Assembly (NCBI GenBank): GCA_964551055.1 | Contig: CAZKCR010000002.1 | Location: forward strand, 1 to 43,120 | Direction of reading: 5' to 3' | DNA from: an uncultured Anaeroarcus sp. | Lineage (GTDB): Bacteria > Bacillota > Negativicutes > Anaeromusales > Anaeromusaceae | Length of the DNA stretch: 43,120 nucleotides | Shown here: one piece after another, positions 1 through 12,550 of the stretch | Position numbering within the stretch: the stretch's first letter is position 1 | Layout of the letters: the number at the start of each line of letters is the position of its first letter | Translations under genes and position numbers: made by a program | Notes under the pieces: model-generated | What the model was told of the DNA's origin: nothing | The model's input: the letters and a program-made list of their open reading frames with translations, nothing else | Databases searched by the model: none

Positions 1-422
1 GGGGCGCTTGGGAGATTGCGCGTCGTTCCCGTGGTACGCCGCGTGTGGCTAACCGGCTATTAAAACGCGTACGCGATTATGCGCAAATTGCCGGAGATGG
101 CATTATTACCTCCGAAATTGCCGATAAGGCTTTGGCTATGCTGGAAGTGGACGCAGCAGGCCTAGACCGCACAGACCGGGCTATGCTGGAGGCGATTATC
201 CATCGCTTTAGCGGCGGACCGGTGGGTTTAGACACCTTGGCGGCAGCGATCAGTGAAGAGACGGAAACGGTAGAAGACGTGTACGAACCGTTTTTGCTAC
301 AGCTGGGTTATTTGCAGCGGACTCCCCGGGGGCGTACCGCTACGATGCAAGCGTACGAACATCTGGGTATTCCTTTTCCAGGCAGCGCTCCTGCCCAGCA
401 GGATGAGTCGGCTTTGTTTTAA
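1..422 (+). CDS. ruvB: Holliday junction branch migration helicase RuvB, C-terminal part (5' end outside window)
   Basis: Frame is open from position 3: [25 protein letters not shown]...[11 protein letters not shown]...[21 protein letters not shown], all RuvB signatures. Confidence 0.97.
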   Translation, partial: GAWEIARRSRGTPRVANRLLKRVRDYAQIAGDGIITSEIADKALAMLEVDAAGLDRTDRAMLEAIIHRFSGGPVGLDTLAAAISEETETVEDVYEPFLLQLGYLQRTPRGRTATMQAYEHLGIPFPGSAPAQQDESALF

Positions 423-436
423 GGAGGCTTTTAGCC

Positions 437-985
437 ATGAATGTATTACTTCATATTTGTTGCGGCCCTTGCGCTATTTATCCTTTGCAGGCCTTGCGGG
501 CGGAAGAGGGCGTTACGTCGGTAACCGGTCATTTTTTTAATCCCAATATTCATCCGTATAAAGAATTTCAACGGCGCTTGGATACACTGCGTTCTTGGGC
601 TCAAGAAGAAAAATTGGAGCTTTTGACAGATACGCGCTACCTGTTGGAGGAATTTTTGACCGGTGCTCTAGAGCGGGGCGCGAACCGTTGTAGCTTTTGC
701 TATGAAATGCGGTTATTTGAAACAGCCAAGCAAGCAAAAGAAAACGGCTTTGACGCCTTTACGACAACACTCTTGGTTAGCCCCTATCAAAATCAGGATA
801 CCATTGCCGCTGCCGCAGAGCTGGCAGCGAAGGAATATGGCGTTCCTTTTTTGCGCCGCGATTTTCGCAGCGGCTGGCAGGAAGGCGTACGTATTAGTCG
901 CGAACGGGAAATGTATCGTCAACCGTATTGCGGCTGTGTGTTAAGCGAACGGGATCGCTACGAAAAAAAACCAAAAAATGAATAA
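437..985 (+). CDS. queH: Epoxyqueuosine reductase QueH (DUF208)
   Basis: LLHICCGPC, NPNIHP, RCSFCY, FTTTLLVSP and YRQPYCGC motifs; AAGGAGG RBS; near queA/tgt. Confidence 0.93.
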   Translation: MNVLLHICCGPCAIYPLQALRAEEGVTSVTGHFFNPNIHPYKEFQRRLDTLRSWAQEEKLELLTDTRYLLEEFLTGALERGANRCSFCYEMRLFETAKQAKENGFDAFTTTLLVSPYQNQDTIAAAAELAAKEYGVPFLRRDFRSGWQEGVRISREREMYRQPYCGCVLSERDRYEKKPKNE

Positions 986-1033
986 AAAGAGTTTTTTAGA
1001 AGTTGCAAGCGTCAAAGACGACAAGGAGTAACT

Positions 1034-2347
1034 ATGAAAAAATCTTCATTTTCTCTTTTTTTGACTTGCTTTATATTGCTATTCATGACGACAGTTGCAC
1101 AGGCGGCGCCGCAGCCGCTTGTTCGGGTGGGCCTTTGGAATGGCCAGCAAAGCGTTGTTATTGGCTCTTCTGCAGCTTATATGGTAGAAACAGAGCAAGA
1201 ACAGCCTAGGTGGGCGGACTTTAAGGCTGGCGAGCAGATTGTAATTGCCTGGCAACCGAATGGTATGACTGTAAATGGCAAGGCGTTGCGGGGGCAAACG
1301 CTGTATTTGCGCAGCAACACGGAACATGTCCGTTGGGAAGTCAATCGCAAGAAATATCGCGGTGATATTGTTTTGCGCCAAACAACAGGAAAAAATGGTT
1401 TAACGGTAATCAATGAAGTTCCGATGGAAGAATATCTTTACGGCATTTTAGGTAAGGAAATTTCTACCGGCTGGCCGATAGAAGCCGCTAAAGCCCAGGC
1501 GGTTGCCGCGCGCAGCTATGCTCTAAATTTGATGTTGTCTGGTGAGAGGCATCGCCAGGACGGGTATGATGTTTGCGCTACCGTGCATTGCCAAGTTTAC
1601 GGGGGCGCCGATGCGGAGTCGTCGGATATGATTCAGGCAGTTGTCGCCACTAAAGGACTGGCCGCGTACTACGAAGGACAGCCGATTCACGCGTATTTTC
1701 ACTCTTCTAGCGGCGGTCATACGGAAAGCAGTGAAAATGTCTGGGGAAATGCGCTGCCGTACTTGCGGGGTGTTGCTGATGTGGATGCTCAGGCGCCCGG
1801 GAGTTCCTGGGAAAAGCGCTTCAACGCGCGAACGCTGGAAACCTTGTTGACCCAGAAAGGCAAAGGCGTAGGCGTTCTGAAATCGTTAGAACTGTCTCCT
1901 TTGTCTCAACCAGGACCTGATCGCACCGAGTCTGGCCGCGTCCGTCAGCTGCAAGTAGCAGGAGATAAGCGCAGTCTCGGTCTCAGCGGCGTACAAATGC
2001 GAACTCTGCTGGATTTGCCTAGCGCCTTATTTGATATTCGAGTAGTGCGCGCAGTGCCTTCGGAATTGGACGTATCGGTGGAGACTTCCTATGGGGCTAC
2101 GGTGGAAAAGAAAATGCCTGTATCCCTTAAAGAACCGGCCGAATCCGGCCGATGGAACGATCCAGCCAGAATTCATCGGATTATTCGTCCCGCAGAAGAT
2201 GTTGTCATTTTCAGCGGTCAGGGCCGTGGGCATGGCGTCGGTATGTCGCAATGGGGCGCCCGCTTGCTAGCGGAAAAAAACAAATACGATTATAAACAGA
2301 TTCTGCAGTATTACTATCAGGGAATTACGCTGAAAAAGGCGTATTGA
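1034..2347 (+). CDS. SpoIID/LytB-domain protein (secreted lytic transglycosylase-like)
   Basis: Signal peptide (MKK...VAQA), [55 protein letters not shown]; AAGGAG RBS. Confidence 0.9.
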   Translation: MKKSSFSLFLTCFILLFMTTVAQAAPQPLVRVGLWNGQQSVVIGSSAAYMVETEQEQPRWADFKAGEQIVIAWQPNGMTVNGKALRGQTLYLRSNTEHVRWEVNRKKYRGDIVLRQTTGKNGLTVINEVPMEEYLYGILGKEISTGWPIEAAKAQAVAARSYALNLMLSGERHRQDGYDVCATVHCQVYGGADAESSDMIQAVVATKGLAAYYEGQPIHAYFHSSSGGHTESSENVWGNALPYLRGVADVDAQAPGSSWEKRFNARTLETLLTQKGKGVGVLKSLELSPLSQPGPDRTESGRVRQLQVAGDKRSLGLSGVQMRTLLDLPSALFDIRVVRAVPSELDVSVETSYGATVEKKMPVSLKEPAESGRWNDPARIHRIIRPAEDVVIFSGQGRGHGVGMSQWGARLLAEKNKYDYKQILQYYYQGITLKKAY

Positions 2348-2367
2348 CGCTAAAAGGGGAACAGACC

Positions 2368-3387
2368 ATGAATGTTCAAGATTTTGATTACTATTTGCCC
2401 GAAGAATTAATTGCTCAGACACCGCTAGCACAGCGCGACGCTTCCCGTTTAATGGTTTTGCCGCGTCAGCAGGGAGCCTGCTCGCATCGGCATTTTTTTG
2501 AACTCCCGTCGTTGCTTCGTAAGGGAGATTTGCTCGTTTTTAATGATACCCGTGTCATTCCGGCCCGCTTGCACGGGCGAAAAAAAGATACAGGAGCTAA
2601 AGTAGAAATATTTTTACTGAAGCGGCTGGATTTGGATCGCTGGGAGACGCTAGTGCGTCCAGGGCGTAAGCTTCGTCCGGGAACCGAGGTTGTTTTTTCC
2701 GAAGACTTATCAGCTACGATTGAAGAAACTACCGAGTTTGGCGGACGCATTGTGCGTTTTCGCTGGCAAGGAGTTTTTGAAGAGGTGCTGCAACGGTTGG
2801 GGGAGGTTCCATTGCCCCCGTATATTCATGAGCAACTTCCCGATCCGGAACGCTACCAGACAGTGTATGCCCGAGAAAACGGCTCGGCTGCAGCACCTAC
2901 GGCGGGATTGCATTTTACGCCAGAATTATTGTCCAGCTTGCACGAACAGGGCGTTCAGACGGCCTATGTGACTCTTCATGTTGGGTTGGGTACATTTCGG
3001 CCTGTAGCTGTAGAATCCATTCAGGACCATGTCATGCATAGCGAGCAGTATGCTATTTCTGCAGAAACCGCTGCCTTGGTCAATGAAACGCGCCGCCAAG
3101 GGGGACGCGTGATTGCCGTAGGCACGACGGCTGTACGCACGCTGGAAACAGCGGGGCAAAGCGGTCAGCTGCAGTCTTGCAGCGGCTCTACGAATATCTT
3201 TATTTATCCGGGCTATGAGTATAAAATCATTGACGGTCTTATTACCAATTTTCATTTGCCTAAATCCACGTTGCTGATGCTGGTAAGCGCCTTGGCTGGG
3301 CGGGAACGCGTTCTAGCGGCCTATAAGGAAGCCGTAGAACAGCGTTATCGCTTTTTCAGTTTTGGCGACGCGATGTTTATTTTGTAA
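2368..3387 (+). CDS. queA: S-adenosylmethionine:tRNA ribosyltransferase-isomerase QueA
   Basis: [56 protein letters not shown]. Start taken at ATG 2368 after AAGGGG. Confidence 0.97.
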   Translation: MNVQDFDYYLPEELIAQTPLAQRDASRLMVLPRQQGACSHRHFFELPSLLRKGDLLVFNDTRVIPARLHGRKKDTGAKVEIFLLKRLDLDRWETLVRPGRKLRPGTEVVFSEDLSATIEETTEFGGRIVRFRWQGVFEEVLQRLGEVPLPPYIHEQLPDPERYQTVYARENGSAAAPTAGLHFTPELLSSLHEQGVQTAYVTLHVGLGTFRPVAVESIQDHVMHSEQYAISAETAALVNETRRQGGRVIAVGTTAVRTLETAGQSGQLQSCSGSTNIFIYPGYEYKIIDGLITNFHLPKSTLLMLVSALAGRERVLAAYKEAVEQRYRFFSFGDAMFIL

Positions 3388-4520
<1,133 letters not shown>

Positions 4521-4521
<1 letters not shown>

Positions 4522-4549
4522 AAGGATTTTTTTAGTTTGTGTTGAATAG
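4521..4549 (+). promoter_or_regulatory. Putative sigma-H-type promoter upstream of yajC
   Basis: AAAGGATTT...GAAT with 17 nt between AGGA (4523-4526) and GAAT (4544-4547), matching the Bacillota sigma-H consensus. Confidence 0.6.
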
Positions 4550-4583
4550 GGAATAGGTAGTTCTGAAAGCGAGGTGAACATAC

Positions 4584-4883
4584 TTGTCAGAAGAAACTCT
4601 GCAGATGCTCTTTAGCTATGCACCGATTATTTTAGTGGGTCTGGTTTTCTACTTCATGTTATATCGGCCCCAGAAGAAGCAGGAAAAGACCCGTCACGAA
4701 ATGCTGGATAACCTGAAAAAAGGTGACAGAGTCGTTACAATCGGTGGCGCTTATGGAACCATTACTGCCATCACTAAGGACAAAGTGACGTTGAAGGTAG
4801 CGGAAAAGGTAGAGATCGAATTTGCGCGCACCTCCATCGCCAGCAAACCCAACGGTAGCACCGGCAATGGCGAAAAAAATTAA
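4584..4883 (+). CDS. yajC: Preprotein translocase subunit YajC
   Basis: N-terminal TM helix, YFMLYRPQKKQ, LKKGDRVVTIGG; GAGGTG RBS with TTG start; follows tgt. Confidence 0.95.
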   Translation: MSEETLQMLFSYAPIILVGLVFYFMLYRPQKKQEKTRHEMLDNLKKGDRVVTIGGAYGTITAITKDKVTLKVAEKVEIEFARTSIASKPNGSTGNGEKN

Positions 4884-5454
4884 CATTGTTGAAGCAAAGC
4901 AGGCGGCGAGACGTCATTTCGCCGCCTTGCGCCGTTCTCTAAGCACGTTGGCAAAAGAGAAGCGGAGTGCTGCGATCTGCCAACAAATTTCAAGCAGTTC
5001 GCCCTGGTCTCAGGCGGGAAAAATATTGTTTTACTGGCCTCTTGCAGGTGAAGTGGACGTGCGGCCATTGCTGGAGCAAGCGCAAAAGCAGGGGAAACAG
5101 CCTTTTTTACCTTTGCTGGATGCGCAGCGGCCTGGCTTGATGGAGGCTGCTGCCTATACAGGTGAAGCATGCTTGCAACAAGGGGAACATGGCATATGGC
5201 AGCCGCAGAACACAAGTATTCTTGCGCCGGAAGGGCTGGATATGATTTTAATTCCCGCCTTGGCGTTTGATGTTGCTGGCTATCGCTTAGGATTTGGCGG
5301 AGGGTATTACGACCGCTATTTGCTGCGTACGCAAGCAATCCGTTTGGGTGTCTGCTGGGAAGGCTGTTTTTCTTTAGAACCATTGCCCAGAGAAAAACAC
5401 GATCTACCTGTACATTACATAATGACAGAAGAAAGATGTTGTGTAATAAATTAA
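4867..5454 (+). CDS. 5-formyltetrahydrofolate cyclo-ligase
   Basis: PALAFDVAGYRLGFGGGYYDRYL and EKHDLPV motifs. Start placed at ATG 4867, overlapping the yajC end. Confidence 0.92.
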   Translation: MAKKINIVEAKQAARRHFAALRRSLSTLAKEKRSAAICQQISSSSPWSQAGKILFYWPLAGEVDVRPLLEQAQKQGKQPFLPLLDAQRPGLMEAAAYTGEACLQQGEHGIWQPQNTSILAPEGLDMILIPALAFDVAGYRLGFGGGYYDRYLLRTQAIRLGVCWEGCFSLEPLPREKHDLPVHYIMTEERCCVIN

Positions 5455-5479
5455 TTTGTGTAACAAGGAGGAACCACTC

Positions 5480-6685
5480 GTGAGATGGTCTTATTTTGGT
5501 AAGTTTTTGGCCATCGTTGCCGCCATATTAGTGGTAGCAGGCTTCTACACGCTGCCTTTAGCACTGTCTATCAAGCAAGGTCTTGACTTACAAGGCGGTA
5601 CCCATGTTGTCATGGAGGCTGTAGATACGCCGGAAGCTAAGGTGGATGACGATTCTGTTCAACGGGTAGTAAAAATTATCGAACGTCGCGTTAATGAATT
5701 AGGGCTTACGGAACCCATTATTCAGCGTCAGGGGGAACGGCGCATTATCGTAGAGCTTCCAGGCGTTAAAGACCCGGAGAAAGCCATTGAGATGCTTGGG
5801 AAAACAGCGTTGCTGGAGTTTCAAGATGAAGCCGGTCATACTGTTTTGAGCGGCATGGATTTGAAAGACGCTAAAGCGCAAATCGACCAAGGCAAACGTA
5901 ATTTGGTCGGCTTGGAGTTTTCCGATGAAGGCGGTAAAAAATTTGCCGACTTAACGCGAAAAAATATTGGTAAAAAAATCAGTATTCTACTAGATAAGCA
6001 AGTTCTGACCAGTCCGGTCGTAGAAGAAGTCATTCCGAATGGTAAAGCCGTTATTACCGGTCAACGTACCATTGAAGAGGCTCAACAATTAGCTATTTTA
6101 CTGCGTTCCGGGTCACTGCCTGTCAAGGTAGAGGTATTGGAGACGAGAACGGTAGGACCAACTTTAGGCGAAGACTCTAAGCAAAAAAGTCAGTTTGCTT
6201 TTGCCGTCGGTGTTGGTGCTGTTATTATTTTCATGACTTTGTTTTATCGTATTCCAGGCATGGTGGCCAATGTGGCGTTGGTGTTGTATGTACTCATGCT
6301 GCTGCTGGCGCTTAAGCTTTTGAACGCAACTTTGACGCTTCCTGGGATTGCCGGCATCATCTTGTCTGTCGGTATGGCAGTTGATGCGAACGTGTTGATT
6401 TTTGAACGTTTCAAAGAGGAATTCCGTAGCGGGAAAAGCCTGCGAGCTGCGATGGATGCCGGTTATGACCGCGCTTTCATGACTATTTTGGATTCCCACA
6501 TGACTACGTTAATTGTTTCGGTTATCTTGTTCTTTACCGGCACAGGGCTGTTGAAAGGTTTTGCCATTACCCTTGGCTTGGGTATTATCCTCAGCTTGTT
6601 TACAGCAACAGTGGTAGCCCATTACATGCTGAAACTGCTCTTTAAGAGCAAACCCTTTCAAAACCACAAAATGTTTGGCGCATAG
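5480..6685 (+). CDS. secD: Protein translocase subunit SecD
   Basis: GLDLQGG, RIIVELPG, LRSGSLP, VGPTLG, TLTLPGIAG, GMAVDANVLIFER; GTG start after AGGAGG. Confidence 0.96.
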   Translation: MRWSYFGKFLAIVAAILVVAGFYTLPLALSIKQGLDLQGGTHVVMEAVDTPEAKVDDDSVQRVVKIIERRVNELGLTEPIIQRQGERRIIVELPGVKDPEKAIEMLGKTALLEFQDEAGHTVLSGMDLKDAKAQIDQGKRNLVGLEFSDEGGKKFADLTRKNIGKKISILLDKQVLTSPVVEEVIPNGKAVITGQRTIEEAQQLAILLRSGSLPVKVEVLETRTVGPTLGEDSKQKSQFAFAVGVGAVIIFMTLFYRIPGMVANVALVLYVLMLLLALKLLNATLTLPGIAGIILSVGMAVDANVLIFERFKEEFRSGKSLRAAMDAGYDRAFMTILDSHMTTLIVSVILFFTGTGLLKGFAITLGLGIILSLFTATVVAHYMLKLLFKSKPFQNHKMFGA

Positions 6686-6700
6686 GAGGTGACGAAGAAA

Positions 6701-7600
6701 ATGAAGTTCGATATTATCGGCAAGCGCTATTTTTGGTTTGCCTTGTCTATTTTAATTACGGTTCCCGGCCTGCTTTCTATTGCCGTACAGGGCTTTAACC
6801 TGGGGATCGATTTTACCGGCGGTACGCTGTTGGACTTGAAATTCGCTCGTCCCGTCACAGTCGCCGAAGTCCGGGATGTCATGAAAGACGTGCATATGGA
6901 AAGCAGTACCATTCAGCTTGTGGCGGACGAGCAAGTGGATGCAGCTCCGAATGTATTTATCCGGACCGGCGTGCTGACTGAAGAGCAGCGTCGTGACATT
7001 ATGACGGATATGACCACTAAGCTAGGCCATTATGATCTCATGCGCGTAGAAAAAGTAGGTCCTACAATTGGAGCGGAGCTGGCTCAAAATGCGGTGATTG
7101 CCTTGCTTTTATCATGGGCAACAATCATTGCGTATATTACCTACCGCTTTGAGTTTAAATTCGCCATTTCCGGCATTTTGGCCTTAGTGCATGACGTGTT
7201 AGTTGTGCTAGGCGTCTTTTCAATTTTTCAGATTGAAATTGACAGCGCCTTTGTGGCGGCGTTGTTAACCATTGTCGGTTTTTCCATTAATGACACCATC
7301 GTTATTTTCGACAGGATTCGAGAGAACCTGAAAAATCATCGCAAAGCTGAAAATATTCACGAATTGGTCAATCGCAGCATTTGGCAAACGATGACTCGTT
7401 CGATTTACACAGTTATGACGGTGTTGTTTGTTACCTTGGCTTTGTATCTTTTTGGCGGCGACACGACCAAGAACTTCTCCTTGGCCATGTTGATCGGCTT
7501 TGCCAGCGGTGCGTATTCCTCCATCTTTTTTGCCAGCCCTCTTTGGGTTACCTTTAAAGATCATGAAGGAAATAAACGCAAGTCTGCAAGAGCTTCCTAA
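6701..7600 (+). CDS. secF: Protein translocase subunit SecF
   Basis: GIDFTGG, VGPTIG, HDV, GFSINDTIVIFDRIREN, YSSIFFA; ATG 6701 after AGGAGGT. Confidence 0.96.
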   Translation: MKFDIIGKRYFWFALSILITVPGLLSIAVQGFNLGIDFTGGTLLDLKFARPVTVAEVRDVMKDVHMESSTIQLVADEQVDAAPNVFIRTGVLTEEQRRDIMTDMTTKLGHYDLMRVEKVGPTIGAELAQNAVIALLLSWATIIAYITYRFEFKFAISGILALVHDVLVVLGVFSIFQIEIDSAFVAALLTIVGFSINDTIVIFDRIRENLKNHRKAENIHELVNRSIWQTMTRSIYTVMTVLFVTLALYLFGGDTTKNFSLAMLIGFASGAYSSIFFASPLWVTFKDHEGNKRKSARAS

Positions 7601-7614
7601 TAGCCAAGCGCACT

Positions 7615-7654
7615 AGGACTGCATACCAAGGGGATTGGTATGCAGCCCTTTTTT
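7615..7654 (+). terminator. Intrinsic terminator after secF
   Basis: CTGCATACCAA-gggga-TTGGTATGCAG stem followed by CCCTTTTTT. Confidence 0.8.
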
Positions 7655-7685
7655 CATGTAGTCCTTTTCTTTTTCTCATTTGGAG

Positions 7686-7714
7686 AAAGGTATTCTCAGT
7701 TCAAGAGAGAATAC
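7686..7714 (+). promoter_or_regulatory. Putative sigma-H-type promoter upstream of recJ
   Basis: AAAGGTATT...GAAT with 17 nt between AGGT (7688-7691) and GAAT (7709-7712). Confidence 0.45.
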
Positions 7715-7767
7715 TAGTATCAATCAGCACTATGGTGGTTGCTGTATTTTCTTTAATCAGGTGATTG

Positions 7768-9855
7768 ATGTTGAAAAAATACTGGCAGATTGCGTCTGCC
7801 GAACGAAAACAAGTTGAGATGTTGGCAGCTGCTTTAGGATTGGATTTGCTTCTGGCCAGATTATTGGTTTTACGTGGTATAAATACCGCCGACGCGGCTC
7901 ATGATTTTTTATTTGGTACTGTAGAATCCTGTCATGATTCTTTGTTGATGAAAGATATGGACCACGCAGTTGAACGAATTCTGCAGGCGATCTCCACGGG
8001 AGAACTTATTGTCGTTTATGGCGACTATGACGTGGACGGGGTGACGGCAACGACTCTTTTGACAAGAGTGCTGCGGCAATTGGGCGCTTTGGCAGAAACG
8101 TATATTCCTGATCGACAGGAAGAAGGCTATGGCGTTCACCTTGAAGCTTTACGTAAATTGCGTCAAGAGGGGTGTTCGTTAGTCATTACGGTGGATTGTG
8201 GTATTTCCGCTGTACAGGAAGCCGCCGCGGTCGGCATTCCCGATTTAATCATAACCGATCATCATGAGCCGGGGCCAAGCTTGCCGGAAGCAATAGCCGT
8301 TCTAAATCCCAAACGAGGCGGCTGTTCCTATCCAGATAAAACCTTGGCTGGCGTGGGGGTGGCGTTCAAACTGGCTCAGGCTTTATGGAAAAAGCTACAG
8401 CCGACCAAGACGCTTCCAGGCTACTGCTATGAATTAGTTGCAGTCGGCTCTGTGGCTGATATGGTTCCCCTGCAGGGGGAAACGCGTCTTTTAGTGCGGG
8501 AAGGCTTGAAGAGGCTAGCCAGACCGGAATGTTGCGGCCTGGAAGCGTTGTTAAAAGTCAGTGGCGTTAAAACGCCCGTTTCCGCCGGACACATTGCGTT
8601 TTCGCTGGCGCCGCGTCTGAATGCCGCTGGCAGAATGTCCTTAGCGCAAAGCAGTCTGCAGTTGTTACTGACTGCGAAGCCGGAAGCAGCGGAAGTGCTG
8701 GCGCGGGAACTGGACGAAGAGAATAAACTGCGGCAGGATACGGAGCGGAGCATAGTAGAGGCTGCTGTCTTGCAATGCGAAAATCGTTCGCTGGCTTCGC
8801 AGAATGTACTCATTGTCGCCGGTGAAAATTGGCATCCTGGTGTAATCGGCATTGTTGCCTCCAGACTGGTGGAGCGTTATTATCGCCCTGCCATTGTGCT
8901 CAGTGTGAGCGAAGATGGCTGGGCTAAAGGGTCGTGCCGCAGTATTCCCGGCTTTGATATGCATAAGGCCTTGCAGGGCTGCAGTCACCTGCTGGAGCGT
9001 TTCGGCGGACACAAGCAGGCGGCAGGCTTGACTATGCGTACTGAAAAGATAACGGACTTGCAAGAGGCCATGAATCAACAGGCAGAGCAGATGCTGCAAG
9101 AAGAAGATTATGTGCCGAAGGTATTTGTAGATGCTCTTGTTTCCTTAGATATGGTAAATGAAGCATTGTTAGAGAGGCTGGAGCTGCTGGAACCCTACGG
9201 AATCGGCAATCCGCGTCCCCGCATGCTGCTGCAAAATCTTCACTTGCGAGGAGAGGCCCGGCGTTTGGGCAAGGAACAAGAACACTTAAAACTGACAGTG
9301 CAACAAAATAAAGTTACTTGTCCGGTCTTGGCTTGGCGTCAGGGAGAAAAAGCTTGCTACTTGCCTTCGGATACTTTAATAGACGTGGTGGCTACTCCGG
9401 AGGGCAATGTATGGCGGGATGAACTGCAGGTTCAGCTTGTAGCAGAGGATTTTGCACCTTCCAGGCAGGACGGAAATCAAGCAAAGCTTTTAGATTATTT
9501 AGCGCCGGACATGTCGGGGCTGCGTCAACTCTACGCAGCCATGCGGCATTGTTTACAGCTTGCTAATTGTCAGGATGGACTGACGCCGGAAGAACTGCGG
9601 CGTCAACTTCAACAGCAATGCCGTTTGCCAGTGGCGTCAACGGCCTTGGCACAGGCTTTAGACGTTTTTTCCGAAGTCTGTCTAATTGCTTATGACGGAG
9701 AGAACGCTAAAATATCCTTGCTGCCGCCGCCTGAGCAACGTTTGGACATTAGCGCCACCCAGGGATATGAACAAGGTTGCCTGCTGCGCCAAGACGTGCT
9801 GGATAACTGGCTGCAACGTGTGGAAATACAAGGGTTGTCACAAACATGGATTTGA
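7768..9855 (+). CDS. recJ: ssDNA-specific exonuclease RecJ
   Basis: YGDYDVDG, ITVDCG, TDHH, APRLNAAGR, GVIGIVASRL, FGGHKQAAG, LEPYGIGNPRP; Bacillota-type C-terminal extension. Confidence 0.96.
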   Translation: MLKKYWQIASAERKQVEMLAAALGLDLLLARLLVLRGINTADAAHDFLFGTVESCHDSLLMKDMDHAVERILQAISTGELIVVYGDYDVDGVTATTLLTRVLRQLGALAETYIPDRQEEGYGVHLEALRKLRQEGCSLVITVDCGISAVQEAAAVGIPDLIITDHHEPGPSLPEAIAVLNPKRGGCSYPDKTLAGVGVAFKLAQALWKKLQPTKTLPGYCYELVAVGSVADMVPLQGETRLLVREGLKRLARPECCGLEALLKVSGVKTPVSAGHIAFSLAPRLNAAGRMSLAQSSLQLLLTAKPEAAEVLARELDEENKLRQDTERSIVEAAVLQCENRSLASQNVLIVAGENWHPGVIGIVASRLVERYYRPAIVLSVSEDGWAKGSCRSIPGFDMHKALQGCSHLLERFGGHKQAAGLTMRTEKITDLQEAMNQQAEQMLQEEDYVPKVFVDALVSLDMVNEALLERLELLEPYGIGNPRPRMLLQNLHLRGEARRLGKEQEHLKLTVQQNKVTCPVLAWRQGEKACYLPSDTLIDVVATPEGNVWRDELQVQLVAEDFAPSRQDGNQAKLLDYLAPDMSGLRQLYAAMRHCLQLANCQDGLTPEELRRQLQQQCRLPVASTALAQALDVFSEVCLIAYDGENAKISLLPPPEQRLDISATQGYEQGCLLRQDVLDNWLQRVEIQGLSQTWI

Positions 9856-9867
9856 CGAGGTGCACAT

Positions 9868-12078
9868 ATGCTCAACGGATCAGAGCTTCGTATTGAAGAT
9901 ATTATTCAAAAAATCAAAACATACCAACCAGATGCCGTGAGCGAGCAGGTGCTGGAGGCGTATGAGTTTGCCAAGGAAGCTCATACCGGGCAAACCCGTG
10001 TTTCCGGCGAGGAATACATTATTCATCCGTTGGGTGTCGCCAATATTTTGGCGGACCTGCAGATTGATGCTGTAACCATCATTGCTGCCCTGCTTCATGA
10101 CGTGGTGGAGGATACGACCTATTCTCTGGAAGACGTGGAAAAGCGCTACGGCAAAGAAGTGGCGATGCTTGTTGACGGTGTCACTAAATTAAGCCGGATT
10201 GAGTACAAATCCAAAGAAGAGCAGCAATTGGAAAATTACCGTAAAATGTTTTTAGCCATGGCTAAGGATTTGCGGGTAGTTTTAATCAAACTGGCGGATC
10301 GCTTGCACAATATGCGTACGCTGAAATATATGAGCGAAAGCAAGCAGAAGCGAATTGCTCAAGAAACCTTAGAAATATTTGCTCCCTTAGCACATCGCTT
10401 AGGTATTTCCAATGTGAAATGGGAGCTGGAGGATTTGGCTTTCCGCTATCTGGAGCCGGAACAGTACTACAGCTTGGTGGAAAATGTAAAACAAAAACGC
10501 CGCGAACGCGAACGGTTGATTAATGACGCTATTGCTATGCTGCAGGAGCGGTTGGCTCTTGTAGATATTTCCGCTGAAATTCAAGGGAGACCTAAACATT
10601 TCTACAGCATTTTTCGTAAAATGCAAAAAGATAACAAAGAATTAAGCCAGATTTATGATTTGCTGGCTATTCGTATTCTTGTAGACAATGTGAAAGATTG
10701 CTACGGCGCTCTTGGCGTGGTGCATACCCTCTGGAAACCGCTGCCAGGCCGCTTTAAAGACTATATTGCCATGCCCAAATCCAATATGTATCAGTCGCTT
10801 CATACTACCATTATTGGCACAGAGGGACAGCCACTGGAAATACAGATTCGGACGAAAGATATGCATCGTATTTCCGAATACGGTGTAGCGGCTCATTGGC
10901 GCTATAAAGAAGGCGGCCGCGGGCCTGGCAAAGAGTTTGACCAAAAACTTTCCTGGGTACGACAGCTTTTAGAATGGCATCAGGATTTGCGGGACCCCAG
11001 AGAATTTCTGGAAACTGTAAAAATGGACGTCTTTGCTGATGAAGTGTTTGTGTTTACGCCTCGAGGCGATGTGTTAGACTTGCCTACGGGTTCGGTTCCG
11101 ATTGATTTTGCATATCGTGTTCATACAGACGTGGGGCACCGCTGCGTAGGCGCAAGAGTCAACGGCAAGATGGTTCCATTAGAGTACAAGCTGGCTAATG
11201 GGGACATTGTGGAAATCATCACCGCTAAACAAGGAAACGGTCCTAGCCGGGATTGGCTTAATATTGTCGGCTCGTCGGAAACGCGCAATAAAATACGCGG
11301 TTGGTTTAAAAAAGAAAAGCGCGAAGAGAACATTGTTAAAGGTAAGGAACAGCTGGAAAAGGAAGTTAAAAAATTTGGCTATGAGTGGAAAGAAATCGTC
11401 AAAAGCGATCGTCTCCAAGAAGTAGCTAAAAAATTCAACCTTACCGGAGGCGACGAAGATCTTTTTGCCGCGCTTGGCTATGGAGGCTTGACGGCCCATG
11501 CCGTGCTGACCAAGCTGTTGGAAATATATAAGAGGGATACGAAAAAAGCGGTTCCTCAAGATATTACGGAACTGTTAAACGAAATCAAGCCTAAAGCAGT
11601 AAAATCGAAAGTAAGCCAAGGGATTCTTGTAGGCGGCGAGGGTGGTTACATGGTGCGTCTGGCGCGCTGCTGCAATCCGGTACCCGGTGATGCTATTGTT
11701 GGTTATATTACGCGGGGCCGTGGTATTACGGTCCACCATGCGGAATGCAATAACGTCCTCAGCAATCGTGAAGAATATGAGCGCATGATCTCCGTTAGTT
11801 GGGATATTGGACAAGGTCAGACCTATAAGGTCATGGTAGAAGTAACCTGCGCTGATCGTCCAGGACTCTTGTCGGAACTGATGATTATTCTGTCTGAAAG
11901 CAAAACCAACGCTAGCTCTGTTAACGCTCGGGCACACAAAGACAAAACGGCTACGGTGACTTTTATTCTTGATATTACCAATACAAGCCAATTGGAAAGC
12001 ATTATGACAAAGCTGCGCAGAGCGAAGGATGTATATAGTGTCTATCGGGTCAAGCAAAGCAAGGGAGGAATTGTGTGA
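9868..12078 (+). CDS. relA: Bifunctional (p)ppGpp synthetase/hydrolase Rel (RelA/SpoT)
   Basis: HD motif [40 protein letters not shown] domain, [11 protein letters not shown]-terminal ACT domain. Confidence 0.97.
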   Translation: MLNGSELRIEDIIQKIKTYQPDAVSEQVLEAYEFAKEAHTGQTRVSGEEYIIHPLGVANILADLQIDAVTIIAALLHDVVEDTTYSLEDVEKRYGKEVAMLVDGVTKLSRIEYKSKEEQQLENYRKMFLAMAKDLRVVLIKLADRLHNMRTLKYMSESKQKRIAQETLEIFAPLAHRLGISNVKWELEDLAFRYLEPEQYYSLVENVKQKRRERERLINDAIAMLQERLALVDISAEIQGRPKHFYSIFRKMQKDNKELSQIYDLLAIRILVDNVKDCYGALGVVHTLWKPLPGRFKDYIAMPKSNMYQSLHTTIIGTEGQPLEIQIRTKDMHRISEYGVAAHWRYKEGGRGPGKEFDQKLSWVRQLLEWHQDLRDPREFLETVKMDVFADEVFVFTPRGDVLDLPTGSVPIDFAYRVHTDVGHRCVGARVNGKMVPLEYKLANGDIVEIITAKQGNGPSRDWLNIVGSSETRNKIRGWFKKEKREENIVKGKEQLEKEVKKFGYEWKEIVKSDRLQEVAKKFNLTGGDEDLFAALGYGGLTAHAVLTKLLEIYKRDTKKAVPQDITELLNEIKPKAVKSKVSQGILVGGEGGYMVRLARCCNPVPGDAIVGYITRGRGITVHHAECNNVLSNREEYERMISVSWDIGQGQTYKVMVEVTCADRPGLLSELMIILSESKTNASSVNARAHKDKTATVTFILDITNTSQLESIMTKLRRAKDVYSVYRVKQSKGGIV

Positions 12079-12524
12079 GAGCCGTTGTACAGCGTACGAA
12101 GTCTTCCAGCGTGACCGTAGACGGTCATGTAGTCGGCTCCATCGGGCCAGGATTGACAGTGCTCTTGGGAGTAGGAGAGGGAGATACGGCTAAAGATGCG
12201 GTGTATTTGGCCGATAAAATTGTTGGTTTGCGCATTTTTCATGATGATGCAGGGAAAATGAACTGTTCCCTTAAGGATGTAGGCGGTTCTTTATTGATCA
12301 TTTCTCAGTTTACGTTATACGGAGACTGCCGGAAGGGACGCCGGCCGGGATTTGACCAGGCCGCGCCGCCGAAGGAAGCAAAAGCTCTTTATGAATATTT
12401 TCTATCCCTCTGCCGTGATAAAGAACTGACCGTGGCTGCCGGAGAGTTTCAGGCGGAGATGCTCGTCTCTTTGGAAAATGACGGACCGGTTACCATATTA
12501 TTGGATAGCCGAAAACTATTTTAA
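12075..12524 (+). CDS. dtd: D-aminoacyl-tRNA deacylase
   Basis: [28 protein letters not shown]; GTGA overlap with relA. Confidence 0.97.
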   Translation: MRAVVQRTKSSSVTVDGHVVGSIGPGLTVLLGVGEGDTAKDAVYLADKIVGLRIFHDDAGKMNCSLKDVGGSLLIISQFTLYGDCRKGRRPGFDQAAPPKEAKALYEYFLSLCRDKELTVAAGEFQAEMLVSLENDGPVTILLDSRKLF

Positions 12525-12550
12525 GCTAAATAGGTAAGGAGAAATAGGTA

